Below, in pieces: positions 24,187 to 38,519 of a stretch of DNA of 64,000 bases. Under the pieces are notes generated by a model. That model was not told the DNA's origin, searched no databases, and was given only the letters and a program-made list of their open reading frames with translations. Made by a program: the position numbers and the translations under genes. Numbering within the stretch: the first letter of the stretch is position 1; each line of letters starts with the position of its first letter. The stretch lies in NCBI GenBank assembly GCA_008632985.1, contig QPGO01000098.1, positions 235,958 to 299,957 on the forward strand, given 5' to 3'. The DNA is from Psammoneis japonica (Eukaryota).

Positions 24187-24589
24187 TCTGATTGAATGAC
24201 CGCACCAGTGGGAAGCCGAAAAAGCCGTTCCTTTTCTAGTTCTGCAACTCGTTATGCTGTAAGGCCTCATATTCTGCTCTCTAGTGCTTCTCCATCCTTC
24301 GGAAAGAGGTAAAGAACATTGTGATGGTCTTCCTTCGTTTTGATTTGACGCGAACAGAGCGAACAGAAAGAGAAGGAGGAGGGTCTCGCGCGAAAAGATC
24401 GCGCCCAAAGGCTTCTTTTGGCCATCAAAGCGACGGACAGGCACGACCTGTGAGACGACTGATCACGCTGACTCGCTAGCGCTCCAGGCAGCCAGGCAGG
24501 CACGCAGCCGCAGAGAGCGAAGTAGTAGTCTATCAGGACAAAAGCGGCCATGGATTCATCCTTCGAGTCTGCTGTAGCCAAGTTAGCAC

Positions 24590-25585
24590 AGGGCACACCC
24601 CCATGCCCCTTGGCAGACTTGCCAAAGGATGCAACCCACAGACACATTGTGGAGCAGCGTTCATTTGGGACAGCCCGGCTCCCTCTTGGTTTCCTCTTCT
24701 TGTTGCCAGCTGTTTGTGCCCAAAGGGCACATGTGCGTGCTCAAATTCCTTGAGCAGCACATTGGTCATTTTACAGAACAACTCCAAGAGAAGGATCAAC
24801 TCAAGAAATGCATGCGCGCCTGATGGAGGGTGACAGAGAGAGGGAAAGACTCGGCTGTTTTGCACTGCTCCTCCTCAACAAGTGCAGCAGCAGCACACAC
24901 ACATGATTGCACTGCTGACAACACTCTGCCAGATGCCAACAGCATCTGCCTTGGTGCAGCACATGATGATGCAAGCAAAAAAAGCATTTGCGCATTTTTT
25001 GGATCCACAGGCACAACAAAGCTGCTCTCCAGTCACTCCACATTGGGCAACTGGGGCGGGGGAGAAAGTTGTGCTGAGGGCTTGCCTGTTGTTGCTGGAG
25101 ACCCCCTGTGGCATGGCTCACTCATTGCATTCAAACCTTCTCAAACATCTCATGCCAGTGTGCATTGAAACCAAGGAACAGTTGTCAGGTTGGCTTCATT
25201 GCAAAGATTGTGCATGCAATCACGTTTCTGGCTGCCGCAAGAATCAAGCATGTGGTTCCCACCACCAACAGCCCAACAGCCTCAACAAAAGATGTCAATG
25301 GTGAGAGGCCCGGCCAGTTGTGTGGCAGGTCATTGCTGGAATGCCCCCACCCAACCTGGTGCTGCTGCCCTTTTTGCTGGCCCACCTCTAAAATTTGGAC
25401 GTGGCTCACATGTGATGCAAAGAAGTGCTTCCACTGCACAGTCCACTCTGCCAAATCTGAAAGAATGAGAAGTGTTTTGTTCAAAATGGCATCCAGAGAC
25501 AGCAGCTGCAACTCCTCTGTTGATGGCAGGTCAAGTGCTGTGTCTCACTCCTGCTGCTTTCTCGACCAATGCAATGCAGTTGACG
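24590..25585. other. TpA/CpG-depleted island (decayed repeat or pseudogene)
   Basis: Only about two TA seen in 1 kb; TG/CA-rich; flanks have normal composition. Confidence 0.8.
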
Positions 25586-26017
25586 ACCTAAAGACAAAAG
25601 GAACCATCGTGGCGAGGCCCATGTATGTTTGGTTGACATGCTCTAGAGTGGCGCGACGACGACTCAGCAACAAAGCTACAGTGTTTCGTGAAACACAGGC
25701 AAAGCAGAGGTTAACAGACCCAGGTACTTTCAATGCTTCAAAAGATAAATTCCTCTAGGACTCTTTTTATATGAAACATATTATATGCAATGTCCCTGAC
25801 ACTACTCGTTAAGTTCACAATGCCGTATGTATCCAATGTACGCAATGCAGTGCAGAGAAATATAAATCCTTCCTCGCCCTCTCTCTCAAGCCCGGTTTTT
25901 AAGAAGCAGTAGCATGAAACTTTCCATCAATATACCGACAATTCAGGGAGTCACTCGTTCAAATAAAAACTGAAGCTTCATTCACTGTTCCCCTGCTATC
26001 GTCCAGCGAGAACATTG

Positions 26018-26329
26018 CTACGGAGATCTCCTTCTCTCCCTCTCGACCCACTTTATTTCCGTGCCCGTGACCCATCCAATGCATAGCACGACTCGCTCAA
26101 AGATGATGACGCCGATAATTACCGGTGTAAAAATCAAAAATATCATGAGCAAGGGGAAGCCAAAGTTTTGAACCGTCATGTACATTGGGCCTCTGTATTT
26201 AGCTGGGAACGCGCAAATCCACAAGGGTGCGGTCACAATGTGGCCAAACCGACCCATCTCATAGTATAAGGTCTCGGGAATGAACTGCAGCGTTTTCTGA
26301 ATATCTTCGAGAATAGCAATGTGTGACAT
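26018..26329 (-). CDS. Small putative membrane protein
   Basis: ATG-initiated ~103-aa ORF with a hydrophobic C-terminal half; normal composition. Confidence 0.5.
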   Translation of the reverse strand: MSHIAILEDIQKTLQFIPETLYYEMGRFGHIVTAPLWICAFPAKYRGPMYMTVQNFGFPLLMIFLIFTPVIIGVIIFERVVLCIGWVTGTEIKWVERERRRSP

Positions 26330-26944
26330 GGTGGGCGATATGGGAAACGAATGGGTGAGTCTTCCAGATGCAAAAGCGACGTAATCTATTTCCTTTTGCC
26401 TGCGAGATCTGCGTTTACTGAGCATGTTTTGCGTTCGTTGTTCGTGTCGTGTATGAATTTCGAATTTTTCCCTCGAAGTCCGTTGAGAGCGGGATTGCAC
26501 TGTAGCCCTACGTGTATGTATGGGGAAGCGAGCGGCAGAAGCTGGTATGTGTACGATTCTACTTGGGCACTCAGTAAATGACGTCATTAATCTCGTCGGC
26601 CCATCCTCGGGTCAGTGTGGGAGATGACGGTCGGAGTACGGTACGAGACACCGGTACATAGAGAGGCGGCGTGATTGCACCACCAGCGCAGTGACCTTCA
26701 AGTTTCCCGCGTGGCAGAACAAACTGTCATTTTCTTGCCTGGATGACGACTTGCTCTCAAATTGGTGCATTGATGACATGTGTTGAGAAGCACTCTCTGT
26801 CACACATGTTGGGGCTGCACAACAAGTTGCGACAGCCTGCTGCAAAGGGCTGTGCTGATCAAGAGACAAGGTCTGTGATCAAAAAGATTTGCACCCAAAA
26901 GCAGCCAACATCCAGGGCTTGTGGTCCACAGCTGACTGACATGC

Positions 26945-27300
26945 TCTCCAGCCCACCAGGTTGTGGAACTTTGTGTGACATGATGGGACCACACACAGAA
27001 ATGAGTGCACAATGTTTGTCTTGCTTCAACATCCAAGTGAACAACTGAGTTTGCAGCACAGCTGTGCACATCTTCCTGCTCACAATTTCTAAAAGTTCCG
27101 ACCTGCAGTCACTGCACAACTCTGCAGCAGCATGAACATTTCCAAAAAAGCCCCTTGTCAAGAACAGAATCTAGAAAATGATGCAAAATGGCACCAAAGT
27201 CACACAGAAATGCACATGCGTGACATGTGGCACATGACAAAAAAACCTCAATGTTGCAGTCCAGCAGCACAAGGCGTCACCCACCCAGGCCCGCATCAGC
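26945..27300 (+). mobile_element. Decayed copy of the 8045-8365 MITE-like family
   Basis: ctccagcccaccaggttgtggaactttgtgtgacat ... caaagtcacacagaaatgcacatgcgtgacatgtgg..aaaaaacctcaatgttgcag. Confidence 0.65.
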
Positions 27301-29304
27301 CCATGCATTTTGACAACTGCACTTTTCCTTCCTTGCCTGCACACAGAGGGACATCTGCCAGCTCACTTGTGAGATAACCCAGTGCTTTGTGCTTCCAGCG
27401 TGCCCCCATCTTTCTCCTTTCTTGCTCCTCTGTGACTGGAGGCAAAAAAACTTGCACTCATCAACTTGTTTGCTCCTCTTTCTCAAACTGAGGGGCAGCT
27501 TTCACACTCAAGACAAAGGTGTCATCATTTCTGCGCTGGCAGTGCAGGTGAAAATTGTTTGGGAGAACATGGCAACCTTCCAGTCAACTTCACAGCAGGG
27601 CCTGCCATTTTCTCCAGTGCTCCATTTCAAGGCTGCTCTTGCTGGAAGCTCTGGATTTAAACCTGTTTCTAGTTTGGCAAATTTGTCTTCTGCTGAAAGT
27701 CATGGAGAAGCACCAGGATGAGAAGATGCAGCAGCCAAGCAGCTGGTTGCTGCTGGTCCTCTTGCCCTCTAGATTCAAAACTTTGCCTTTTTTTTGGCAA
27801 AGCTCAAAATGAAAACTCCCTTGCCATGGTGCAAAGCCTGCTCTTACACACAGACACCCCACATTCAAAACCTCTGTCTGGAGTGTGTGGCTCCACCAAA
27901 TGAAGTCAAGGGATCCACTGTTCCTTGCCAAAGCCCTCACAAATGAAAAGTTTTTCTTGTTGGGGTGCCTCAGCAGACAAAACATGCTTGAAATTGTGCC
28001 AGATGGCTGCTTTGCCAGGGACAAGAATCAAAGCTCTCTGCCACACCAGGTGACACAACCAGCACACTCATGTTGATGGCACTGTTTGGGATGGGCTTGA
28101 AATGCAACCTTTGGTGTCTCTCAGGTTTCAGGTCCTGCAAGCTGTGCATGTGAGTGTGTGTGTGCCCCCTCCCCCCACCCCACCTCACCCACACCCATGC
28201 ACCATGTGCACTTCAGAAAGAAGATGTCTGGCAAGCTCACAGAGAAAGACATGTTGGAAATGGCTGCTCTCATGGGAAATGCACAACTTCTGCAACAACA
28301 CACATGTTCTGTGCACTGAGCACAGCACATGGCAACAAGATGGTGTGCTGCTGTTCTGCTGCACTTCAATGGGTGCAAACTTTGTCACACCTTGTGCTCT
28401 GTCATCTGAGCCCACCAGGGCACATGAGGAATGGGCTGAAAAGAAATGTTTGGCAGAGTTGACAGGAGAGCACACCCAAACAAGGAAAAAGACAGCCCAC
28501 CACAGCCACAGTGGGAAGGGGGGGGGGGGGGGCTATGCAAAATGAAAACCACCCCATGATGCAAGGCAGTTTGTGGATCAACCTTGCTTGCAATGGGAAA
28601 GTGCTTGGGAGAAGCTGGTGATGCCAACCTTGACAAAGATGAAATCAAAAAAGATTCAACCCTGCAGTGGACTTTGATGTTGGGCCGAGTGGACAACAGC
28701 AAGCACAGGGGACAACAATGCTGGCTTGGGCACCACCAACAGAGACAGCCCCATGCACACTTTGAGCTGCAAGGCAGATGACCTTGATCACAGTGTGCTT
28801 GCATTCTGCGCTCTCTTTGTTCATGCATGAAACAAGGTGCAGGGTGAAAGATGCCTTGTCATTTTTGGATTTTGGAGTCATTCTACAAAGCACTCATGTG
28901 TGTGCTGTGTTTTTCAATGCCTTGGCATGGCCAGACTTGATTGCAGCTGTTTTTCTTCTGGCCTTGTTGCCACACATCTGTCTCAAGTCTCTCCAGCTGC
29001 TCTTTGTTGGATGACAAGATCCAGCCCAAACACAAAAGCTTGGGTGCGCATGTGCTGTTGGACACAAGCATGTGTGGTGTCTTCAAAAAAAATTGCTGTC
29101 GCATCCAATTGAAGCTGTTTGGTGTGAATGAAGCAGACCAGAAATCACGTGCTGCTCAGCACAACATTTTTGTGGCAGTCACCAAAAAAGCCACACAGAG
29201 ACATCAGCACCAGTGCCTTTTTCTCCCTCTGGGGCAAGAGTCTGCTCACAGATGCCACACCTCTGACCTCCAGATGTGCACTGTGCTTGGGGGGGGGGGG
29301 GGGG

Positions 29305-29460
29305 GCAACTGCAAGGGTGGCTGAAAAAGGAGCCATTTTGGCAGAAGTGGGAGCAGCAGCCACAACAACAGCACAAAAGTTGCAACTGCAAGGGTGGCTG
29401 AAAAAGGAGCCATTTTGGCAGAAGTGGGAGCAGCAGCCACAACAGCAGCACAAAAGTTGC
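29305..29460 (+). repeat. Tandem duplication, 2 x 77 bp, directly after a G17 run
   Basis: gcaactgcaagggtggctgaaaaaggagccattttggcagaagtgggagcagcagccacaac(a/g)cagcacaaaagtt occurs twice. Confidence 0.9.
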
Positions 29461-29660
29461 ACCAAGCATGGGAGATGGCTGCACACCAGAGAGATTGGCA
29501 GCATCTGCAAAATGTTTTTTGCATGCAGCACAAAGAGCAATGCAAATGCATTGTCACATGTGTTGTGTCATGTGTCAAAAATTTTGCACCATGTTTTGTT
29601 CCTGACAAAGTGTGGCACATCAAGAGATTCTCAATGCATGGCTGCAAAACTGTGTTTGTG

Positions 29661-29662
29661 AC

Positions 29663-29693
<31 letters not shown>
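29661..29693 (+). repeat. (CAA)n microsatellite, about 10 units
   Basis: Directly visible. Confidence 0.9.
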
Positions 29694-29694
<1 letters not shown>

Positions 29695-32600
29695 CTTTTG
29701 TTGAGCTCAAAACCACCAAGTTTGAGCCAATTCTTTTGCAAGAACAAGTTGCTCTGAACACCAGCAGAAGTTTCCTTGCTGAGGATTCACAGCCCTCCAC
29801 AAAAGCTGGTTTTTCCTGTCTTGGCTTTTGCTGGTTCTGTGCACTTTGGTGCAAAGTTGTGTCATGGTGGTTTGCAGCCCCAACTCAAGAAGGCTTTCAT
29901 TTGTTTTGGTTCCACCAGTGCTCCCTTTGAAATTTTTTCTGGTGTTTGACAATGGAGCCCCAGCCCAAAATGGTTGTCTGCTGCATTTGCCTCCAGGAGC
30001 TTTCTAAACTTGCATTTGACAATGAGCCCTCCTCCCCTTCTGTCTTGCCCATGCAACCTTGCTGACATCCTTTTCTTTCCCAGAGAGGGGGCTCCTCTCT
30101 GTTGTGCTGGGAACCAATTCCATCACCTCCTCAGGACAACACAATTGTGGTGCAGAGCAGGCTCAGCACCTCAGCTGGGAGCCCTTGGTGACAGCTCACT
30201 TTGTGTTGCAGCCATTCTTTCAATGATGATTTTTCTCACGAGGGCTCCTCAGTTGACAGCACAGTCAGGTGATGCCTTTGATGATGTGCCCACAACTCAT
30301 GGCATTGACCAGGTCAGGCATGTTCAAGAAAACTTTGAACATGATGATTTTGCTTTGAGATCAACTTCAGACAGCTCCTTTGAGTCCACTGACCCCCCAA
30401 CAACACTGACCTTGGCTCTGTTGCATGTGTTCCTTAAGAAAACCAGCGCCCATGCTCCAGAATGAACTCCTTGACAAAGAGCTCATCCATCCTGTGGAAG
30501 GGGATCTTGCTGCCATGATGAGAAAGAGTTGCCCTCCAGGACATCCTGTCATTCTGCCACAATGCATCCCAGAGCAACTGTGGCTTGCAAAGATTCCATC
30601 TTGTGCAACAATCATGAGCTGAGTGAAGAAGAAACATCTTGTTCCCTGTGCAGGTCCACCTCCTTGCCACAGCACATTGCTTTTGCTGATCCTGAATTCC
30701 CTCCAGTGCACGTGTGCTGATTTTCTTTGTTCCACAATGCCCCTCATCTTTCCCAACACAATCTGCAGCTTTGGAAGGATGCCATGTGGCTTTGCAAACA
30801 GCAGTGCACTGAGAGGAAGATCTTGTCAGAAATTGACCCCAGCAACCGTGGGGCCTGGGTTGTGTTTGTGAGCCCCTGAGCAGCAGCAGTTGGTGGAAAA
30901 AAGCTTGCCCAGAGCTGCAAAAGGACCTGGAAGAACTTTGTGATGACCATTCACCAGGCCTTCACTTTGTTGCTCACATTGTTGCTTTTGATCGCTCAAT
31001 GTTGTTGTGACCAAATGGGCAGACCAGCTGCCCAGCTGGTTTTTGCATGTTTTGAAACATTGTCAATCATCTCTGCTGCCTTGCCAAAAGCCAGTTTTTT
31101 GTGGGCATGGGTCCCACCATGGTCCAAGTCTTCAAAGGAAAGGGCTGAGGACAGAAGGTGTGCGCTGTGCAAAGTGGACACTGCTCTGAATGTTGAGCCA
31201 GAGCATGGCAAATTTGTCGCTCATTTTAAATTGCCACCTCCTGTTGGCAGCAAGGACAAAATGGCCATCATCCATCTTGACAAATCCGTTGCCTGGGTTC
31301 ATGACATTTTGCCACACTGGAGAGCCCTTGAGACATTCTTCAAGACAAAACAGAAAGTCAAAGAATGACCCAGGGGACAAGGCAAGTTTGTCTTCCAAAG
31401 GAAGTGCCAGCTGGGCAATGTGCTTGTCAGCACATGTTGCAGCAGCAACATTGTTGACACACACATGTTTGCCACACAAATGTTGCAACCCATGCTTGTC
31501 AGCACAAGACTTGTGATGGGGGTTTTGCTTTGAGTCGTTGGATCCAACACTTTTGTCGTCATCCAAAATGTCCATTTTTCTCAGTCTGATGCAGCGTGTT
31601 TGTCAGCAACATTGTGCTCATTGTTGGCCTCCTCCAGGCAGGGTTTTCAATTGCAAGGAAGTGGCCAGCCCAAGACAAGGAAGAAGACAAGGAAAAGTCT
31701 TTGCACCAAGATCTAAAGCAGAATTCTGCACAGATTGTGACATCAGTTGAGGCTCTGTGCACTGTTTTTGGAGTGCGACTGTCAGCATCTGAGCCTGCCA
31801 AAACACTGTCACATGGAACACATGTTGTCTCAGCAGCCATTGTTGACAATGGACAATGCAGGCAGCCAGAGAAGCTAAGAAGCTCCTTGTTGACAAGCGC
31901 ATCTGTCAAATGTCTTGTCTCTCAGCTTGAGCTTGTTGTGGACTCAGTCAGAGAGAACACGCTGGAACAAACCCCAGAAGAACATTTTGTTGTCCTCAAG
32001 AATGTGGTCCCCAGTGGTGTCTGCCTTGTCATTTGAATGCAGTGTGTTAAAGTGTTTCAGCAGCTGCGGGCTTTGGACCAGTTGACTGCCAAATGAAAAG
32101 ATCATGTTGGCTGCAGCTGCACAGCAAGCCATGACAATTAATTTTTCCTCATCTGGCTTCCTCATCTTTCCTTGTCTGAGCAAATTCAGAGTCAAATGAC
32201 GTGTTCCCTGCAACAAAAAACACTGCCTCTGGGTTCTTGGTGCACTCATCAGCACTTTTGGTGGGTGAACTTGTGGGCTGCTTGTCAATCTCAGGCAACT
32301 TTTGACATTGCCTGCGGCAAGCTTTGTGGGGAACAAACATTGTGCGGCCCTGCTTCCAGGTTGGCAATGGTGTTTGCTTGACAGTGTTTTGTGCTGTCCA
32401 GGGTGGACTTTTCTTCTTGGTGCCTTTGTCTTTGGGGGTGCCATGACAGATTTCTTTGAATGTTGAGAGAAAAAGTTGCAGAGGCAATGCAGGGCTTCAC
32501 AACCTGTTGTGCAAGTCATTGTGAGCTGTGAGGCTCAGTGGCTCAGGTGACCAGGGTTCATGAGCCACTTGTTGGAGAGATCTTTGATGCTTGGCCCTCT

Positions 32601-35600
32601 GTCATCTTGAGCTCTGCTTCCAAATTGCTTTGTGCATGAGCACCATCTGACCACAGCTGTTGGAAACATCTGCACTGCTGCCGTTGCAGCCAAGAGACCC
32701 ACAAAGTTTGTGCCCTCTTTGTCCCCATGATCTGCCAGCATTGGTGCACAATGACAGAGAAGTGAGTTCTTGTTGTTTGTGTCAGGGGGGCAGATGGGCC
32801 TCACTCATGCTGTTGCAAAAGCACCGTGCTGGCAATCAGAACAGAAACTCAAATCTGCTGCAAAATTGCCTCTTTCCACTGACAAAACCTCAAATGTGAG
32901 ACAATGCTGTTGAGGCCATGACCCCCTCCATTTTTGCTTGCTTTGTTGCACATTTTGGAAACATCAGGAAAAATTCAACTTTGTCGCAACACATCATTTT
33001 CACACAACTGCACAAGAGCTGTGGGGAAAATGCACCCTTCCCAGTTGGGAGTGGGAAAAATGCCAACACCTTGTCCACAAGTTCTGCTCTCACCAGCATG
33101 CAACCAACACGACAACAGCCAAAATGCCGCTCATTCTCAAAAACTGAGTGCAGGAGCTGGCAAGTTTTGTTGCAAGTTTGTGGACTTTGACAACAGCAAT
33201 GAGCTCACAAAGAAAGTTGCCAGCCCCACTGTCAGCTTTTGTTCAGGTTCAGGCATGTTGCACTGTCAGTTTGTGCTTCAGTGTCTTTCATCACATGCAA
33301 CACAGTGTTGCAGTGGATCAATTGCATTTTTCTTCATCAATGTTGGCTGTAAAGAGAACTCAAGACAGTCATGATGGCAAAGTCTGGTGTTCAGCAAAAG
33401 CACTCTGTTGACAAGGAAGAGTCAGTCACTCACCAAGTTTGATCCAGACACCAGAAGAAGAGTGTCCAAATGACTGCCACAATGGCAGAGCAAAAAATGC
33501 AGACTGCACAGCCAGTGGCTTTTTCCTTTCCCAGTTTCCAAAGGCTCCTTGAGGCACCATCCAGTGCTGGAGAGATGGGATGGAAGAAATTAAATCTGTG
33601 ATTGGCTTTCTTGGGTGTGCTGACAGATCTGATGACATGGGCTGCAGGTTTGAAGAGACAAAGCAACAAATTTTGAAGCCAATGAAGGACTCAAAGCAAG
33701 ACACCATGGCCCATTTTGATGTGGAGTTGGGCTGGTTGGCGGCAGGCTCAACTTTGCCAAAGCTCTTGATGAAAGCACAAGGCAAGTCTGAGTGTGACAA
33801 AGTTGGTTGCCTTTTTGCTCATCTGCATGTTTGCATTGCATCGCTTGTGCAGGAGCCAATGGACAAATTGGGTTGGACAAGAAATGAAACAAAGAGCTCA
33901 TGCCTGTTTTCAAACACAGCTGAAACAAAGATGTGCGCAACTGCCAAAACCTGCATTGACAGCATTGCAGGAGAACTCTGTTTGGACGAGCTTCAGGAAA
34001 GAAAGGAAGGAGTCAAAATTCCAAAAACATGTGCACAAAAATGAAGTTTTCTCAAGCAAAGAACTCTCCTTTGACAGATCCTTGGTGGCCAAACCAGGTT
34101 GATGCTGTTGCAGACAAGGAGCTGGGTCACTTTTCAAAGGTCCTGAAAAGCTCGACTTTTGGGGTTGACATCAAAAATCCATTTTGTCAAGCACTGCAGA
34201 AAACAACAAGAAAGAGCACACTGATTGCATGAAAAGAGCTGCCGAGATGACCTTGCACTGGGAAGACAATGTGTCAAGTTAAAGTGATGACACAAGGCAT
34301 TTGTGTTTCTACACAAGCAAGCAGGCTGGAGAAAAGCAGACTGTCCAAGCAACATTGCATTCCTTGCTCTGAGTTCTGGCACTTGTTGGCAACAAAAACC
34401 AGATGAGAGGACATTCATGGAGAATGTGGACAAGAAGACAATCATCAAGAACATGAGTGTGCTTGCATGTGTGCTGCCAACACAAAGTGCTCCATTGATT
34501 TTGAGATTGCATTTCTGTGCCGCATGCAAAGAAAGTGCTCCCAATGGAGGCCTCAATGACAGGTGCCAAAGCAAAGACTGTTTGCCAAAAAATCAGAGTG
34601 TGTGGAAGACATGCATGACAAGAACATCAAGCAGCAGATTGGGCATGGGGCAAAGCACATGCTTCTTGCCTTCAAGCTTGGGAACACAGGCATTGATGGG
34701 TGCACCATGGGCATGCTCATCACCCCTGTCTGTGTGAGGGCATTGAAACTCCAGCTTGCAAACATGGGACCTGTCAATGTGACCCTGGAGATGAGTCACA
34801 CAAAGATGTTTCCATTGGTCAGCCACGCAGCTTTCAAGAAAATTGCAACAAAAGAGAAGTTCAGAGCATTTCTCAAGAAAAAGCCACTCCCAGGCATCTG
34901 GATGTGAAGAGCCCAAGGTGCCATTTGAGCTGAAGCAACTTTGGAATTTGTTCTTGTGTGCATCAGAAAGTTCAGGTTTGTCTTTTTTCTGTCAAAGAGA
35001 GAGCTCAAGCTGCATCATTCCAAGTGGCCACATGCACTTCACCTCTGACTTTCATTGAAATGTTGTCACAATTGGTGCTGGGTCTCATGGCACAGTGTGC
35101 AAGGTCTCCAGCAATTCTTGCAAGTGCATCAAAGTGTCCCAGGCTGGCAAAATCCAACACATCAAGTGCAAAGTCCAAGCCCTCCATGCCTTGACTGCAT
35201 GTGATCACATCCCTTGTCCACCATCTTGGTTGCTCAAGGGGGGGCTCTGCTGGCTGCAAATGCCCATGCTGTGTTTTTCATGTCAAAAAAGGAACACAGT
35301 GACTGTGGAAGGACACCATGGCAGGATCACACAACTCTCACAATGCAAAGGTTTTCCACCTGCAAGTGCACATTGAGAACATTGTGTTTGACCAGAGGAA
35401 AGAGATCTTTGTTCTCATTGACCAGACATGTGCTTCATGCAATGAAAGAGCATCAGACTTCTCTGCTGTGGGTCTCTCCCCTTTGTTGCTCATGCTCAAG
35501 TGCACAGCATGGGGGGCACAAAAAGCTGGTCACCCAAAAGGGAATGTGATCTGGCTTGCCTTGGCTTCAGCATTGTGGCTTTCATGAGTGAAAGGGATGT

Positions 35601-36999
35601 TCCATTGCATGGCTTGAACTGAAGGATCAGCAACAAAGCTGACAAGTGCTGGACCATGCAACAGTCTTCTGCAAAGAACAGAAGCTGTTGTGCAGTGCTG
35701 TCTTTTGTTCCTCTGACAGTCTGCTGCAAAACTTAAATCATGAGCACTTGTTTAAGAAGAGCTGATTGTGACATCCACTTGTGTGTTGTGTCCTTGGAAG
35801 GGACCCTGGAAATGATTTGTTGCTGCAGCCACGTGCCCTCCCACCTTTCAGACCTTGGATCCAAGCATCATGTGAGAGCAATGGACAACAGATTGCAAGC
35901 CTCCCTGGAGGCCAAAATTGAAAAAAAAATTGATCAAAACATGAAAAAGCTTGACTCCAAGGCAAATTTCCTCATGGCCCCTTTTCCATTGCTCACCATG
36001 TCATGTTGTTGGCAAAATGCAATGATTCTGCACCAAACACAGCATCTGCACTCTACAAGGAATGACTGGATGCAGCAGTTTTATGAGTTCCCACTTTGTG
36101 CTCTTGCTGTTGTGCATTGAAGCATGATGCGTGCTCCATTTGACACCAAGGTGATGGTGGTTCCATGGTGTTTTGCAGTGCAATTAGCCTGTTGAAGCTC
36201 AGCAGCAAACCCAGGACCCTCTGTTGGCTGTGGGTTGCAAGGTCCCTGCAAAGGACACTTGTTGTTGGTTGGAGCTCAGCAGCTGGCAACCCTGCCAAGA
36301 TGGAAGTGCCCAAGTGACAGACACACGGCTCAGTGGCTTGACATTCTTTTTCAAACAGCACACTGGTGTGTGCCCAAGCTGAGGGCTTTGTTTTTCCCAC
36401 AACACCTGGGTTGCCTTTTGCTCCTTGTTTGGTCATTTGAACTTGGTCTGTTGATTCTGCAGTGCTTGGCTTCTTGCACATCTTGGAGAAGAACAGCAGG
36501 CAAAGTGGCTGCTCTTGGTGTTTTTTTTGCAATGGCAGTGCTTTCTTTGGCACACACTGGCTGGCACAACCAATGATGTGTGAGTGTTGGAACATCCAGA
36601 AGGTGTGTTGAAGAGGAGGCACTGTGGCTCTTGACATGGCAGATTCAGTGATTCTTTGTGATTGAGATTTTGTCATCAACAATCTCTCTCACCTTTCAGT
36701 TTGTCTTGCCCTGTGCAGTTCGTCATTGTTTGATTCTTTGCATGACTTTGTGTTTGGCATCACAGGGTGCCTGCCACATTGCAAGTTTGAAATTTTGCAC
36801 ATCAACAACTTCCAGGCAACCTGCAGCCACAACAAGAAACCAACATGTGCAGCAAGTGGCAAAGAAAGCCTTGCAGGATTCCCCCCTTTGGTGATGTTGA
36901 GTTGCCGATTCATCATTCACTGCAAAGAGTCACCAGCACTGCACTCAGTGCCCACTGACATTGACCTCCACACAGTTGTTCAACATTGGAACTCTGCAC

Positions 37000-38260
37000 A
37001 ATGAGTGGCAGAAAAGGAGGCAGAACAAGCAGCAGAGGCCAAGGTCAGACACAACCAAGGCCAATGTGACAAAGGTCACAGCAAGTCTTCCTGCACCAAG
37101 AAGAAGACCTGCCCAAAAAAGAGCTTCAAAACCTGAGATGAAATTTCATCCTTCATCACTGAATGGCAACACTTGCAATGCAATGTGCAAAGATGTCAAA
37201 GAGCAGATCATCCACTGCATGCAGGAAAAATTCAATCACAAGGCATTCACTTGGCAAGGCATGCAGAAGACATGAAATGCAAGAATTTTCATCCCAAGAA
37301 ACCTGCCTTGGGTGTGCCAACAACAACAGCACCAGATGAAGCAGACAAGGGCTGCAAGCCACAAAAGCATTGAGAAGAGAAAGAGCCGGAGCATCAGCAC
37401 AAGACCAAGCCACAGAACTGCAATGACAAAGTGAAGAAGCTGGAAGAGAGCAAGGCTGTGTCACACTTGCCATGATCTTAGATGACTGCTGCACCAAGCC
37501 AATGAAGCAAAGAGTGCAGTGCAATCCCAGTTGCTCAGGTGTCTCAACAATGATCAAATCATTGAAGCTGATCCAGTTTCTCATGTTTTGCTCAATGTGA
37601 GGTCAACAATTGTTTCATGCACCCACCAAGTCCCTGCCTGAAGAACACACTGGAAGCAGGTGAGCCAGCTGCAGCAAGGGAACAAGTCACTGAATGGCTG
37701 CTGGTGTCAAGATGCAAGAATCAGCAAGATGCTGCAAGCAAAGGTGTGGGAGACAGAGTGCCAGATGGATTTGTTGAGACCACCAAGGAGCACAAGGATG
37801 GCGCCACTTCAGCCCAAAAAGCAGTGAAAGATGTGGCTTTTGAGACATGATGGACAACATGCCTGGCAATGGATGTGTTGCTGAGTCATCCAAAGGACAA
37901 CAACCTTTGCGAATGAAACAACAAGAGGGGAACAGCAAGTGTTCACACAACAAGAACAGCAATGATGAAAGAGACAAAGAGAGGTCTCACAATCCAAAGG
38001 ACCAGAGCCATGCCCAGAAGGGCAGCCAAGGTGACACCACAGCATGTTGCTGTTGTGGTGAGCCAAACCACCACAAGTCCTCAGACTGCAAGCACAAGAA
38101 CAAGATTGTGCACAACAGTTGGCTCAAGAGTGCCAGAAAGAAACCAGGTGCTGTGGAACAAAGCTGTCAAAGACAAAATGTGAAAACATGTTGTTGGTGG
38201 ACAGCGACAATGCAAATGTCAACGCCAGCACCAGATCCAATCAACCAACATGGGCACATC
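37000..38260 (+). mobile_element. Ty1/copia (CoDi-like) gag remnant
   Basis: MKFHP...CKDVKEQIIHCMQEKF, LDDCCTKPMKQRVQCNP and zinc knuckle CCCCGEPNHHKSSDCKHKNKI resemble diatom copia gag; many stops and frameshifts; no LTR identified. Confidence 0.65.
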
Positions 38261-38519
38261 TTTTAAAGAGTTTTGCACCATGATCAAAGGCCCAGATGCT
38301 GGTGGCAAAAATCACTTTCTGCACTTTGAGCTCCCAGCCTGTTCTTGGTGGGTGGTGCTTGTTCATTGAAGATTTTGTTCTGCACTTTGAACACACAGAA
38401 GGCAAGGACAGAGTGCTTGCCAGCTGTCGCTCTTGTCGCTGCCCCAAAATGGACTCACTTCCAAAGGGGAGGGGACAGCAAATTCTGAAAAGGTGGCTGC
38501 CACTCCCAAGTTGGCAAGT

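Noticed and set aside
29305..29460. CRISPR-like array
   Set aside because: Two contiguous units without spacers, eukaryotic context and no cas genes.
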